Origin: an uncultured bacterium
Lineage (GTDB): Bacteria; Patescibacteriota; JABMPQ01; CAVVCK01
Assembly: GCA_963746775.1 (NCBI GenBank)
Contig: CAVVCK010000002.1
Location: 303,592-367,591, forward strand
Reading direction: 5' to 3'
Length of the DNA stretch: 64,000 nucleotides
Part shown: one piece after another, positions 1-9,714 of the stretch
How the letters are laid out: each line of letters begins with the position of its first letter
How positions within the stretch are numbered: the first letter of the stretch is position 1
Program-made: the position numbers and the translations under genes
The notes under the pieces: model-generated
What the model saw: only the letters and a program-made list of their open reading frames with translations
What the model was told of the DNA's origin: nothing
Databases searched by the model: none

Positions 1-775
1 CATTAATATTTGTATAATTTATTCCTAAAATTCTGCCATCAGCATCATATACAATAATATATACATCAACTTTGTCAAACCCGAAGGAACTGTTATTTAC
101 TAATTCCCCACCTACTCTGCTTTTTTGATTATCAATATAATATTTAACATTTTCTTTTTTAAATTGAGTCTGTGGATTTTTAAATGTTTCTAACTTTTGT
201 ACTTCATTAATATTTACTTCTAGCTCTACTTCTGAAGCTTCGGTCATACCTTCCAGACCTATTTCTACTAAATACCTTTCTTGTTGAGGCAAAATATAGC
301 TTGTTCTTTCTTTCTCTCCTATTTTATTTCCTTCATTATCTTTTAATATAAATTTATATTTTAAAGAAGATACTCCCCATTCAGTATTAGAATTTCTAAT
401 CTTACCCAAAACGTCATAAGTTCTTTTTTTATCAGTTTTAACTAAATCTGTCTCTATTACTTCAACTTTAAAATCTTCTGGTGGTTTTTCTTCTTCCGTT
501 GCCACCTCTACTATCGGTGTTTCTTTTTCTTTAAATTTTAAAAAACTCCAAGGCGAGTAATTAAAGATATCACCAAGCAAAGTTACAATAAAATAAATAG
601 AAAAAGGAATGGCAATTAATACTATAGCAGCTAGCTTGGCATATTTAATAATTTCTTCCCTATGCTCCACTATAAAAATTTTTCTCTCAGTATCTTTCTT
701 TATTTGTTCATATTGTTCATTCTTTTTTTCTGCTATTATTCTTTTTATATCTTCTGAGGTTAATCTTTTGGTCAT
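1..775 (-). CDS. hypothetical membrane-anchored protein (truncated by the window start)
   Basis: Minus-strand open frame from the ATG at 773-775 (MTKRLTSEDIKRIIAEKKNEQ...) that runs off the window edge. One TM helix (LAAIVLIAIPFSIYFIVTLLG) is followed by a soluble domain. Absent from the ORF track because it is partial. Confidence 0.45.
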   Translation of the reverse strand, partial: MTKRLTSEDIKRIIAEKKNEQYEQIKKDTERKIFIVEHREEIIKYAKLAAIVLIAIPFSIYFIVTLLGDIFNYSPWSFLKFKEKETPIVEVATEEEKPPEDFKVEVIETDLVKTDKKRTYDVLGKIRNSNTEWGVSSLKYKFILKDNEGNKIGEKERTSYILPQQERYLVEIGLEGMTEASEVELEVNINEVQKLETFKNPQTQFKKENVKYYIDNQKSRVGGELVNNSSFGFDKVDVYIIVYDADGRILGINYTNIN

Positions 776-826
776 ATATTATTAGTTTTTAAACAATTTT
801 TTATATTTTAGCTTATTTTATTAATT

Positions 827-855
827 TTGACAAAAGTATTTATTTTTGCTAAAAT
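827..855 (+). promoter_or_regulatory. sigma70-like promoter (TTGACA, 17-bp spacer, TAAAAT) upstream of the 900..1211 gene
   Basis: TTGACA at 827-832, an exact 17-bp spacer, then TAAAAT at 850-855, about 45 bp upstream of the ATG at 900. Confidence 0.45.
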
Positions 856-899
856 ATAAATAAGATTAATACAATTTATTATATAAAATAAAAACAAAT

Positions 900-1211
900 A
901 TGTTAGAAACAAGCAAAGATATCTTGTACATTGCTATTTCTATCGCAGTACTAGCTGTTTCTGGGTATTTATCTTATTTACTTTATTCTTTAAGTAAATT
1001 AACCCAAGAATCAAAGAAAACTGTGGAAGATGTTAATAAGAAACTAGAAAAGGTAAATCCAGTTCTAGATTCAGCCACAAGCACCATAAAATCACTAACT
1101 GAGACAATACAAGCTATAAATGACGGTATTTTAAAGCCTATTGCCTCAATATCTGAAATTATAAAAAAAGTAAGAACTGTCAAAAATATATTTAATAATA
1201 AAGAAAAATAA
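900..1211 (+). CDS. small membrane protein, hypothetical
   Basis: 103-aa ORF with an N-terminal TM helix (ILYIAISIAVLAVSGYLSYLLY) and a coiled-coil-like C-terminus. Lies downstream of the promoter-like element above. Confidence 0.4.
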   Translation: MLETSKDILYIAISIAVLAVSGYLSYLLYSLSKLTQESKKTVEDVNKKLEKVNPVLDSATSTIKSLTETIQAINDGILKPIASISEIIKKVRTVKNIFNNKEK

Positions 1212-1228
1212 ATTAATAAAACAAAAAT

Positions 1229-1513
1229 ATGTATAACAAATGTGGTAGTGGAAAATTTTTTGCCGGAACTTTTATTGGAGCAGTAATAGGTGCAGTTCTA
1301 GGTTTACTATTCGCTCCTAAATCTGGTAAAGAAACAAGGAAATTGATAAAACAAAAAGCTCAAGAAGCTCAAAAAAAAGCTATGGAATTAAAAGATGAAG
1401 CAATGGTAAAATTTGAAGAAGTAAAAAAAGAAGCACATGATAAAGCAGAAGATTTTAAAGGAAAAGCTCAAAAAGCAGTTAAGGTTTTTAAAGAAGATAA
1501 GAAGAAACAATAA
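1229..1513 (+). CDS. YtxH-like (DUF948) stress-associated protein
   Basis: Carries the YtxH signature GAVIGAVLGLLFAPKSGKETRKLIKQKAQE followed by a charged helical tail. A hairpin terminator follows directly. Confidence 0.6.
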   Translation: MYNKCGSGKFFAGTFIGAVIGAVLGLLFAPKSGKETRKLIKQKAQEAQKKAMELKDEAMVKFEEVKKEAHDKAEDFKGKAQKAVKVFKEDKKKQ

Positions 1514-1537
1514 GCACTGCTCTTAATAATATCTTAA

Positions 1538-1570
1538 GAAAAGCTCTTACATATTAAGAGCTTTTTTTAT
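1538..1570 (+). terminator. rho-independent terminator
   Basis: Inverted repeat AAAGCTCTTA ... TAAGAGCTTT followed by TTTTTTTAT, immediately after the stop at 1513. Confidence 0.55.
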
Positions 1571-1596
1571 ATCTATTTGTTTTACTCGACAATTTA

Positions 1597-2304
1597 TTGT
1601 ATAATAATTACAAAATTATAAAAAAGATGGCAGAAGAAAAATCTTACGAACCAAATCGTGATAAAGAAAAAAAAGACACGAAGAAAGAAGAAAGGTTATC
1701 CTGGGAAAATGTAGAAAAATGTTTAGCTGAAAATTCTACTTCGGGTAATGCTTTGGCTATTATTGAAACTGAGAAAATATTCAGTAAAGTTTTAGATAAA
1801 TCCAATTTTCCTGGCAAAGACACTAATCAAAAAATCTTAAGCTTGAAATCTATTATTTCAAATTACAATGAGCTTTTTAGAGTTAGAAAAATATATGCGA
1901 AATTAATTGAAAGCACCAGCCCGGGTTTTGATTTAGAAAATTTGGATATTAGAAAGATTTTAGCTATTTATTACAAAGCTATCGAGGATATAAACAATTT
2001 CAATCAAGAAGGAACTCTTTTTAAAAAGATTAGAATGTACTTAAGTTCTTATTATTTATCTTTTAAAAATAATATAAAGAACATCGGTATCGGAACGCTA
2101 ATGTTTTTCTTTATCATTTTTATACTTGATAGCACTAAAATTGGAAATAACATTGTAACTCTATTTGTTGCTATCTCTCATTTTATATTCAGCTGGGTTT
2201 TATTCACCATACTACTCATTGGAGGCATTATCATAATTATTGTTGGCAGTTTATTTTACTTTGAAAGCAGAAAAAAGAAAAAACAATTAAGAATTGAAGA
2301 CTAA
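1597..2304 (+). CDS. hypothetical membrane protein
   Basis: 235 aa with a charged N-terminal region and several C-terminal TM helices (GIGTLMFFFIIFILD, LFVAISHFIFSWVLFTILLIGGIIIIIVGSLF). Confidence 0.45.
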   Translation: MYNNYKIIKKMAEEKSYEPNRDKEKKDTKKEERLSWENVEKCLAENSTSGNALAIIETEKIFSKVLDKSNFPGKDTNQKILSLKSIISNYNELFRVRKIYAKLIESTSPGFDLENLDIRKILAIYYKAIEDINNFNQEGTLFKKIRMYLSSYYLSFKNNIKNIGIGTLMFFFIIFILDSTKIGNNIVTLFVAISHFIFSWVLFTILLIGGIIIIIVGSLFYFESRKKKKQLRIED

Positions 2305-2615
2305 ATCACGAGAACACAAGAACAAAATAACATAAAAACAATAATTATACTTCCGACTTCTTTAGCCGGTTTTTTTGTTACATGTTATGTACTCCTTCGC
2401 TTTTAAAATCATAGATTTCTTATTTTTAAACATCCACTTATTATTTAAAACTAGGCTATATTTAAGTTAGAGCTACGGAACATTTTCCATTTTTAAAAGT
2501 AACTGAGTATATATATTTTGTATCACACGACAATATGCTACAATACAAAAATCAATATTATGTTATTTTGTTATATAGTTATCTTGCTACATAGTTATTT
2601 AGTTATCTTAAATTT

Positions 2616-5600
2616 ATGTCTTTTACTCATTTACATGTCCATAGCCACTATTCTCTTTTAGACGGCCTGGCCAAACCAGAACAGCTTCTCCAAAAAACAA
2701 AAGAGCAAAAATTAAATTCATTGGCTATAACTGACCACGGTGTTATGTATGGCTGTATTGAATTTTACCAAAAAGCCAAAGAATACGGCATTAAACCAAT
2801 TATAGGGGTTGAAGCCTACGTTGCTCCAAATGGCATGGAATCAAAAAGACCCAATATTGATATTAAACCTTATCACTTAATACTGCTGGCTAAAAATGAA
2901 GTAGGTTATAAAAATTTAATGAAGCTTGTCACTGAAGCTCATCTGAAAGGATTTTATTACAAGCCTCGTGTAGATTTTGAATTATTAAAAAAACATCACG
3001 AGGGAGTAATTGCACTGTCTGCCTGTCTACAAGGAGAGGTGGCTCGTGAAGTTGTAAATGGTAATTTAGAAAAAGCAGAAAATACAGCCCGTCAATATCA
3101 CGAGTTATTTGGCAAAAATAATTATTATTTAGAATTACAAGATCACCCAAACATTAAAGAACAAGGCATTGCCAATGAAGGTTTAATTAAAATTGCTCGA
3201 AAATTAAATATACCCCTAGTTGCCACCAACGATACTCATTATTTAGAAAAAGAAGATGACAAAATTCAAGACATTCTGGTCTGCATTCAAACTCAGAAAA
3301 AAGTAGATGACACAGATCGTATGTCAATGATGGGTAATGATTTTTCTTTGCGCAGCTTCGAAGATATGGAAAAAGCTTTTCATGATGTGCCAGAAGCATT
3401 AGAGAATACAGAAAAAATTGCTGCAATGTGCAATGTAGAAATTGAATTGGGTAAAATCAAATTGCCTAAATTGGAAATACCTAAAGAATACAATTATTTA
3501 GAATATTTAATAAAATCCAGCCTCGAAGGACTTCAAAAACGCTATCCTGATTTAGAATTTAAATTAGAGGAAATTATTCCTAATGATACTATCGATCCTA
3601 ACGAAAATGGCCAAAATCAAAAAGAAAAAATATTAGAAAGATTAAATTATGAATTAGGTGTTATAGAAAAAACTGGCTTTGCTTCTTATCTTTTAATCGT
3701 AGCTGATTATGTTAATTGGGCTAAATCTAATAAAATAGTAACTGGTCCTGGTCGTGGCAGTGCCGCTGGTTCACTAGTTTGTTATCTTTTAAATATTACT
3801 GAAATAGATCCTATAAAATATGATCTTCTGTTTGAAAGATTTTTGAACCCAGAGAGAATATCTATGCCTGATATTGATATGGATTTTGCTGATGACAGAC
3901 GCGACGAAGTACTGGGATATATTAGAAAAAAATACGGAGATGAAAAGGTAGCTCAAATTATTACTTTTGGTACCATGGCTGCTCGAGCCGCCATTAGAGA
4001 TTGCGGTAGAACACTAGATTATCCTTATGACTATTGTGACAAGGTTGCCAAATTGATTCCTATGTTTTCCGGTCTGGAAGAAGCCCTGGAAAATGTAGCT
4101 GAACTGCAAAGTATGTATAAAACTGATCCCAAGGCTAAGAAGTTGATAGATTATTCTAAAAAATTAGAAGGAGTTGCTCGCCATGCTTCCACTCATGCTT
4201 GTGGCACTATTATCGCTCCTAAAGATATTGTTAATTATACTCCTCAGCAATATGCCACTAGCCATGGTGATCAAAGTATTGTAACCCAATATGAAATGCA
4301 TGCTGTAGAAGATTTAGGACTACTTAAAATGGACTTTCTGGGACTTAAGAATTTAACCATCATCCAAAATGCTATTAAAATTATTAAGAAAACAAAAAAC
4401 GTTGAAATAGATATTGCTAAAATTCCTTTAGGCGACAAAAAGGCTTTTGAACTACTGCAAAAAGGACAAACTACCGGCGTATTTCAGCTGGAATCATCAG
4501 GTATGAAAAGATATTTAAAACAACTAATGCCTACGGAACTAGAAAATATTATCGCTATGGTAGCTTTGTATCGTCCTGGTCCTATGGAATGGATTCCGGA
4601 TTATATCGCTGGTAAAAGAGGTGAAAAAGAACCAACTTATATCCATCCTAAGCTAGAACCTATTTTAAAAAAGACTTACGGAGTAGCCATCTATCAAGAA
4701 CAAATTATGCAAACAGCCCAGAGTTTAGCTGGTTTTACATTAGGTGAAGCAGATATTTTAAGAAAAGCAGTTGGTAAAAAAATTAAAGAGCTGCTCGTCA
4801 AACAAAAGGTAAAATTCGTCCAGGGTTGTATGGATAATAAAATCCCCAGAGAAATTGCTAACCAAGTCTTTGCTTTTATTGAACCTTTTGCTGGTTATGG
4901 TTTTAACAGAAGCCATGCCGCCTGCTATGCTTTAATCGCCTATCAAACAGCTTATTTAAAATCACATTATCCCTGTGAATTTATGGCAGCCCTGCTCACT
5001 TCCGATCAAGGAAATACTGATCGATTAGCTATTGAAATTGCTGAGTCAGAGCAGTTAGATATTAGAGTGCTTTCTCCAGATGTTAATGAAAGTTTTGCTG
5101 ATTTTACAGCTGTTATTAAAAAAGATGGCGAGTCAATACGCTTCGGTCTGCGAGCTATTAAAAATGTTGGTGAAAATATTGTGAACGAAATAATCAATGA
5201 ACGCAAAAAAAACGGAAGATATAAAAGCTTAGAAGATTTAGCCAAAAGAGTAGCTACTAAAGACTTCAACAAAAAATCTTTAGAGGCTCTAGCCAAAAGT
5301 GGGGCTTTAGATTCTATGGCAGAACGTAATCAAATATTAGAAAATACTGAACGAATACTAGGATTTTCTAAATCAGAACAAAAAGCCAAGCTGCAAGGAC
5401 AAAAGGATTTGTTTTCAATATTAACCCCTAAAGATCAAAAAAAGAGTGTACCTAAAATTAAATTAGATGAAGCAGAGCCGGCTACAAAGAAAGAAAGACT
5501 TGCCTGGGAGCGAGAATTATTGGGCCTTTATGTTTCTGATCATCCCCTAAACGAATATAAAAATTATTTAGCCGCTCATACCATCTTATGCAATAAGCTA

Positions 5601-6152
5601 GAAAAAAATTGTCGAGCCAATCAAGTGGTTATAATTGGTGGCATTGTTTCAGAAATTAAAAAAATAATTACCAAAAAGGGCGATCCTATGCTTTTCGTAA
5701 AAATGGAAGATTTAACTTCCAGTGTTGAAATTTTGGTTTTCCCAAGAACTCTGAAAGAAAATCCTCTACTGTGGGAAGAAGATAAAATTTTATTAATAAA
5801 AGGAAAAATATCGGACAAAGATGATGAAGTTAAAATATTAGTAGAAAAAGCTAAAGAGTTGAATTTAGAAAAAGTAAAAGAGTGGGAAAAGCAAGGAGGT
5901 AAAATAAAGACATATAAAAAAGAAAATGCTACTCCTCTAATAATTTCTGTAGCCTCTGGTGCTAATCAAGATTTATTCCAAGAATTAAAGACTATCTTAT
6001 CTAAATATGACGGAAAACAAGATGTAATCTTAAAAATACCCGATAAAAACAATAATTTTAAAGAAATAAAAACAAGCCTCAGCGTAGATTATAACGATAG
6101 TTTAAAGGCTAGTTTATTGAATTTAGTGAATCAGGGAAAAATTTCTATTTGA
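2616..6152 (+). CDS. dnaE: DNA polymerase III alpha subunit
   Basis: N-terminal PHP motif MSFTHLHVHSHYSLLDGL, the polymerase core (GPGRGSAAGSLVCYLLNIT, PDIDMDF), and OB-fold and C-terminal regions. 1178 aa. Confidence 0.95.
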   Translation: MSFTHLHVHSHYSLLDGLAKPEQLLQKTKEQKLNSLAITDHGVMYGCIEFYQKAKEYGIKPIIGVEAYVAPNGMESKRPNIDIKPYHLILLAKNEVGYKNLMKLVTEAHLKGFYYKPRVDFELLKKHHEGVIALSACLQGEVAREVVNGNLEKAENTARQYHELFGKNNYYLELQDHPNIKEQGIANEGLIKIARKLNIPLVATNDTHYLEKEDDKIQDILVCIQTQKKVDDTDRMSMMGNDFSLRSFEDMEKAFHDVPEALENTEKIAAMCNVEIELGKIKLPKLEIPKEYNYLEYLIKSSLEGLQKRYPDLEFKLEEIIPNDTIDPNENGQNQKEKILERLNYELGVIEKTGFASYLLIVADYVNWAKSNKIVTGPGRGSAAGSLVCYLLNITEIDPIKYDLLFERFLNPERISMPDIDMDFADDRRDEVLGYIRKKYGDEKVAQIITFGTMAARAAIRDCGRTLDYPYDYCDKVAKLIPMFSGLEEALENVAELQSMYKTDPKAKKLIDYSKKLEGVARHASTHACGTIIAPKDIVNYTPQQYATSHGDQSIVTQYEMHAVEDLGLLKMDFLGLKNLTIIQNAIKIIKKTKNVEIDIAKIPLGDKKAFELLQKGQTTGVFQLESSGMKRYLKQLMPTELENIIAMVALYRPGPMEWIPDYIAGKRGEKEPTYIHPKLEPILKKTYGVAIYQEQIMQTAQSLAGFTLGEADILRKAVGKKIKELLVKQKVKFVQGCMDNKIPREIANQVFAFIEPFAGYGFNRSHAACYALIAYQTAYLKSHYPCEFMAALLTSDQGNTDRLAIEIAESEQLDIRVLSPDVNESFADFTAVIKKDGESIRFGLRAIKNVGENIVNEIINERKKNGRYKSLEDLAKRVATKDFNKKSLEALAKSGALDSMAERNQILENTERILGFSKSEQKAKLQGQKDLFSILTPKDQKKSVPKIKLDEAEPATKKERLAWERELLGLYVSDHPLNEYKNYLAAHTILCNKLEKNCRANQVVIIGGIVSEIKKIITKKGDPMLFVKMEDLTSSVEILVFPRTLKENPLLWEEDKILLIKGKISDKDDEVKILVEKAKELNLEKVKEWEKQGGKIKTYKKENATPLIISVASGANQDLFQELKTILSKYDGKQDVILKIPDKNNNFKEIKTSLSVDYNDSLKASLLNLVNQGKISI

Positions 6153-6200
6153 CAAATTTATTATAAATCATTACTATAAAAATACTAAGGAGAAAATGTC

Positions 6201-6380
6201 ATGTCTAAAGATAGAATTCCTGCAATAGCTGCTCTAAATATTTTGAGTTTATATAATCATTTTGGCAAAAAAATCTCAAAAAAAAGAATATTGGAAGTTT
6301 GGAAAAAAAATCCCAACGCGAACTATGAGCAACTCAAAGCTCTCCTCGCTCTCCTCCAAAAAGAAGAGGAAGTAGTATGA
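6201..6380 (+). CDS. small hypothetical protein (59 aa)
   Basis: ATG at 6201 preceded by AAGGAGAAAA; translates to MSKDRIPAIAALNILSLYNHFGKKISKKRILEVWKKNPNANYEQLKALLALLQKEEEVV. Absent from the track, presumably below the 60-aa cutoff. Confidence 0.2.
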   Translation: MSKDRIPAIAALNILSLYNHFGKKISKKRILEVWKKNPNANYEQLKALLALLQKEEEVV

Positions 6381-6473
6381 CAACACACATTACAAGGAGC
6401 GCGTTCATTCCCCCATCCTCGAGAGTTTCGCTCCCTCTCTTATTTCTCACATTAATTTTTTATAAATATATTT

Positions 6474-7811
6474 ATGACTCAAGAAACAGAAATCAAACCA
6501 AAAATTGAAAATGATGGAGAAGAACAACCATCTGAAGAAACTGAAAAATTAGAAAACAAAGATAGGCTTTTAAAGTTCTTAAAAGAAAATAAACCCTCTC
6601 GAGAAATAAAAGAAAGATCAGTAGAAGAAGTAGGGTTGATAGAGCCCTTGGCGGTTAAAGTCCGAGATTACAGAAAAGAATTAGAAGATAGCGGAGTTAA
6701 TAAAGAAGCTGTAGATAGCCTCGTACTTAAACATGCCATAGAATTAAAAAAATCCCAACAAGACCCCCGACCTTACGTTGAGCTAGGTAATAGGACTTAT
6801 GCTGTAGGACGATTATCAGAAGAAGTGAATAGAGTTATTCCTGAAGACAGGGAAATCAGTGAAAATGATCTAGAGCGTATCTATAGGCTTGATCATGATT
6901 TAGATGAATTTAAAACCGTAAATGATTATTATGGTCATGCTGCCGGAGATGAAATATTAAAAACTTATTCCAATATATTAAAAAGTGGTGAGTCCGCCGC
7001 TTGGCTCAAAAATTTAGGAGTTTTAGACGAAAGAAATACCAAAAAAGAAATGGATTCTTTCGAAGTTACAATAGAAGGGGGCGAAGAATTTGGCGGAATG
7101 ATGGTTTTTAAGGAAAAATTTACTCCGGTTAAACTGGATGATGGCTCAGAATTATCTACACGGGAAGAAGTAGTCAAAGCATTTATTGCTAAAATACAAG
7201 AAGAAACTACCAAAAAATTCAAGGAAGTTTTAACTAGAAAAAATAATAATGGCACACCAGAATTTCCTATTAAGGCTAAATTACCAGAGGGAGTTACTCT
7301 TCCAGAAAATTTTGTTATTGATTCAGGCTCTAGCTTTGGATATGCCTCATTTAGCGAAGCTATGGATCACGCCGCCATAACCGAAGATGATATATCGGAA
7401 GGAAATGCTTATGCTGTAGTGTTACAAAAAATAAGAGCTAGCCTATTTGAAGTAAGTGATGCTAGAGCGTATCAGAATAAAAATGAAAGAAAAATAGCTA
7501 GAGAAACCAGCGAAGATGAAAATAAAAAAATAACTGCCGAAATATCACCCCGTGGGCGCGCTGAAATGTTAGAAAGACAAGCGCGTGAGTCTTCTAAAGA
7601 ATTAGAATTAAAAAGGAAACAGTTAGAAACAGCGAATAAATTAATCACAACACTCACTGAAAACGTTAACAAATTAAAAGTAATGATAGAAACAATCAAA
7701 GGTTCAGATAGTTATGACTTAATCGCTCCGACACTATCAAAACAAGTAGCAGATATGGAAAAAGAAATAGAAACACATAGAATAGAACAAGAAAAATTAC
7801 TAAATTCCTAA
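6474..7811 (+). CDS. GGDEF-domain (diguanylate cyclase-like) protein with C-terminal coiled coil
   Basis: DHDLDEFKTVNDYYGHAAGDEIL matches the GGDEF-domain consensus DIDHFKxINDTYGHxxGDEVL. A downstream GGEEF motif (TIEGGEEFGGMMVF) follows after an insertion. No TM or sensor domain; a coiled-coil tail. Confidence 0.5.
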   Translation: MTQETEIKPKIENDGEEQPSEETEKLENKDRLLKFLKENKPSREIKERSVEEVGLIEPLAVKVRDYRKELEDSGVNKEAVDSLVLKHAIELKKSQQDPRPYVELGNRTYAVGRLSEEVNRVIPEDREISENDLERIYRLDHDLDEFKTVNDYYGHAAGDEILKTYSNILKSGESAAWLKNLGVLDERNTKKEMDSFEVTIEGGEEFGGMMVFKEKFTPVKLDDGSELSTREEVVKAFIAKIQEETTKKFKEVLTRKNNNGTPEFPIKAKLPEGVTLPENFVIDSGSSFGYASFSEAMDHAAITEDDISEGNAYAVVLQKIRASLFEVSDARAYQNKNERKIARETSEDENKKITAEISPRGRAEMLERQARESSKELELKRKQLETANKLITTLTENVNKLKVMIETIKGSDSYDLIAPTLSKQVADMEKEIETHRIEQEKLLNS

Positions 7812-7824
7812 AAATATATAAAAA

Positions 7825-7858
7825 AAGAAGCTCCACAAAAAGCTTCTTTTTTATTTTT
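7825..7858. terminator. bidirectional rho-independent terminator between convergent genes
   Basis: AAGAAGCT ccacaaaa AGCTTCTT with T-runs on both strands. Confidence 0.5.
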
Positions 7859-7873
7859 TAAAATTTATAAATT

Positions 7874-9400
7874 TTAAGCAGCCTGCCTTACTTCATCGAC
7901 TAATTCTCCCACAAAATCCTTCATAATTTCACTCTCTTCTCTACCATTCTGCTCTTGTAATGCCTTTCTAAGAAAAGCGTTCTTTCTTTCTTTCTTTAAT
8001 CTTAAAACTTTACTCATTTCGCTCGGTCCTATCTTAAATTTTTTTGCTGTTTCCGTAAAATTTTTTTGGTCTCCCAAGGCTTTATTTAATTTTTTATATT
8101 TCTTTTGCGCCTCACTCACAATTTCCATTATCTCAGTTAAATTGTCTATTTTTCTCTTTAAAATATCCGCCTCTTTACCTTCAGCAGGCTTAGCCGCTAA
8201 TAATTTTTCTTTTTCTTTTAAATTATATTCTATTCCTTCTCGCTGCTCCTTGGTCAACTCTAACTTTAAACGTAAACCCCTCATTCTACCCGCTTTGTAT
8301 TTATCCCTTAATAAAGGTAATTCTTCAACAACCGTTGTATCAACTACCTTACCCTCTGAATCAATCACTTCGATCTTTGATCCTCTATCTTTATCAGTTT
8401 TTATAATTCCTTCATAAGCCCTAGAATTTCCAATTGGAGAAACTATTTCCCCATCTTCTAAGGCTTTTTTATAATAATCTATGTCTTTTTGCAAAATCTC
8501 ATTCTTTTGCGCCTCCCTAGGATCCAATTTTATTTCCGCTATATTTCTTTCTACATAAAGAGTTTGGCTTAATTTACTTAGTTCTCTGAATGTGTTTACC
8601 CCCTCATGACACAAGAGAGCTAATGACTTTCTTATATCTTCTTTCCCCTTGTCTGTACTTTCATGCCCACCGCCCTCTCTTATGTTCTCCAGCTTAAGAA
8701 GCTGAGAATCAAGATTTTGTATTTCTTCTTCTAATCTTTTTATCTGTTTAATATCCTCGTTATCCAATTCTTCTTGCGCATTTAGTTTATCTAAAGCATC
8801 CTGATCTGATTCTTGTTGCAGTTTTACATTCTCAATTTGATTAGCGGGTAATTCTCCCTTGAGACTAGTTCCGCCTGCACGCTCTATTAAGGTATCCAGT
8901 ATTTTTCTATAAATTTCCCGACTTGCTTCTGCTTCACTAAAACCACTACCTTCTAATTCTTTTTCATAACTAAATAAACGTTCAAATGAGTCGGCTTGCC
9001 CTTCAGGGACTAAATCATCAGATTTAATTTCTTCTGATTTAATTTCTTTTGGTTTATTTTCTCCTTCAGTCTTAACTCTTTCCACCTTAGTACTCCCTAA
9101 CGTCTCACTGTTATCAGTTAATTCAATTTCTTCCCCTGCCTTTTTTAAAGCTTTATCTGCTTCTTTTTCTACGCCTTCTAATTCTTTTTCCATAGACTCC
9201 CCTTCTGCTTTGGTAAAACCAAACCTTTTAGAAACCCAACCAAATACTTCCTTTCCTCTCTGAACCAAAAAATTTTTTGCTCCCGCTAATTTATCTTTAA
9301 CACTCTTGGGATCCTCAAATTCATCCTCAATATACTCTTCTTCAACGCCTTTTACTTCTGTGGTTTCTCTCTCTGACAAATTTTTTTTAAAATCTGACAT
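7874..9400 (-). CDS. hypothetical acidic coiled-coil protein
   Basis: 508 aa, very E/K-rich with long predicted helices and no TM segment. No recognisable catalytic motif. Confidence 0.5.
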   Translation of the reverse strand: MSDFKKNLSERETTEVKGVEEEYIEDEFEDPKSVKDKLAGAKNFLVQRGKEVFGWVSKRFGFTKAEGESMEKELEGVEKEADKALKKAGEEIELTDNSETLGSTKVERVKTEGENKPKEIKSEEIKSDDLVPEGQADSFERLFSYEKELEGSGFSEAEASREIYRKILDTLIERAGGTSLKGELPANQIENVKLQQESDQDALDKLNAQEELDNEDIKQIKRLEEEIQNLDSQLLKLENIREGGGHESTDKGKEDIRKSLALLCHEGVNTFRELSKLSQTLYVERNIAEIKLDPREAQKNEILQKDIDYYKKALEDGEIVSPIGNSRAYEGIIKTDKDRGSKIEVIDSEGKVVDTTVVEELPLLRDKYKAGRMRGLRLKLELTKEQREGIEYNLKEKEKLLAAKPAEGKEADILKRKIDNLTEIMEIVSEAQKKYKKLNKALGDQKNFTETAKKFKIGPSEMSKVLRLKKERKNAFLRKALQEQNGREESEIMKDFVGELVDEVRQAA

Positions 9401-9418
9401 ATTTTTATAATTAATTTA

Positions 9419-9592
9419 TTACTTTAACTTTTCTCTAATTTTTTCTATTTCCTCATTCTCTTTTTTCTTAATATACTTTTCAATAATTTTATCCTGCTTC
9501 TTTTTTAAGCTATCTAAAATACCAATATATTTTTCATATATCTTTTTATTTCTTTCCGCTCTTTTTATTTTTTTAATATCTTTATCGGTCAT
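9419..9592 (-). CDS. small lysine-rich hypothetical protein (57 aa)
   Basis: ATG at 9590-9592 (reverse complement) to a TAA at 9419-9421: MTDKDIKKIKRAERNKKIYEKYIGILDSLKKKQDKIIEKYIKKKENEEIEKIREKLK. No clear RBS. Confidence 0.2.
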   Translation of the reverse strand: MTDKDIKKIKRAERNKKIYEKYIGILDSLKKKQDKIIEKYIKKKENEEIEKIREKLK

Positions 9593-9714
9593 CTTAAGAT
9601 TTTTTAATATAATTATTATAAACTATTTGTATCATTACGTAAAATCTGCTATTATTTAAATTAGATTTCACATATCTTTATGTTTTTATTTTTTTATAAT
9701 TTTAATTTTTTAAA

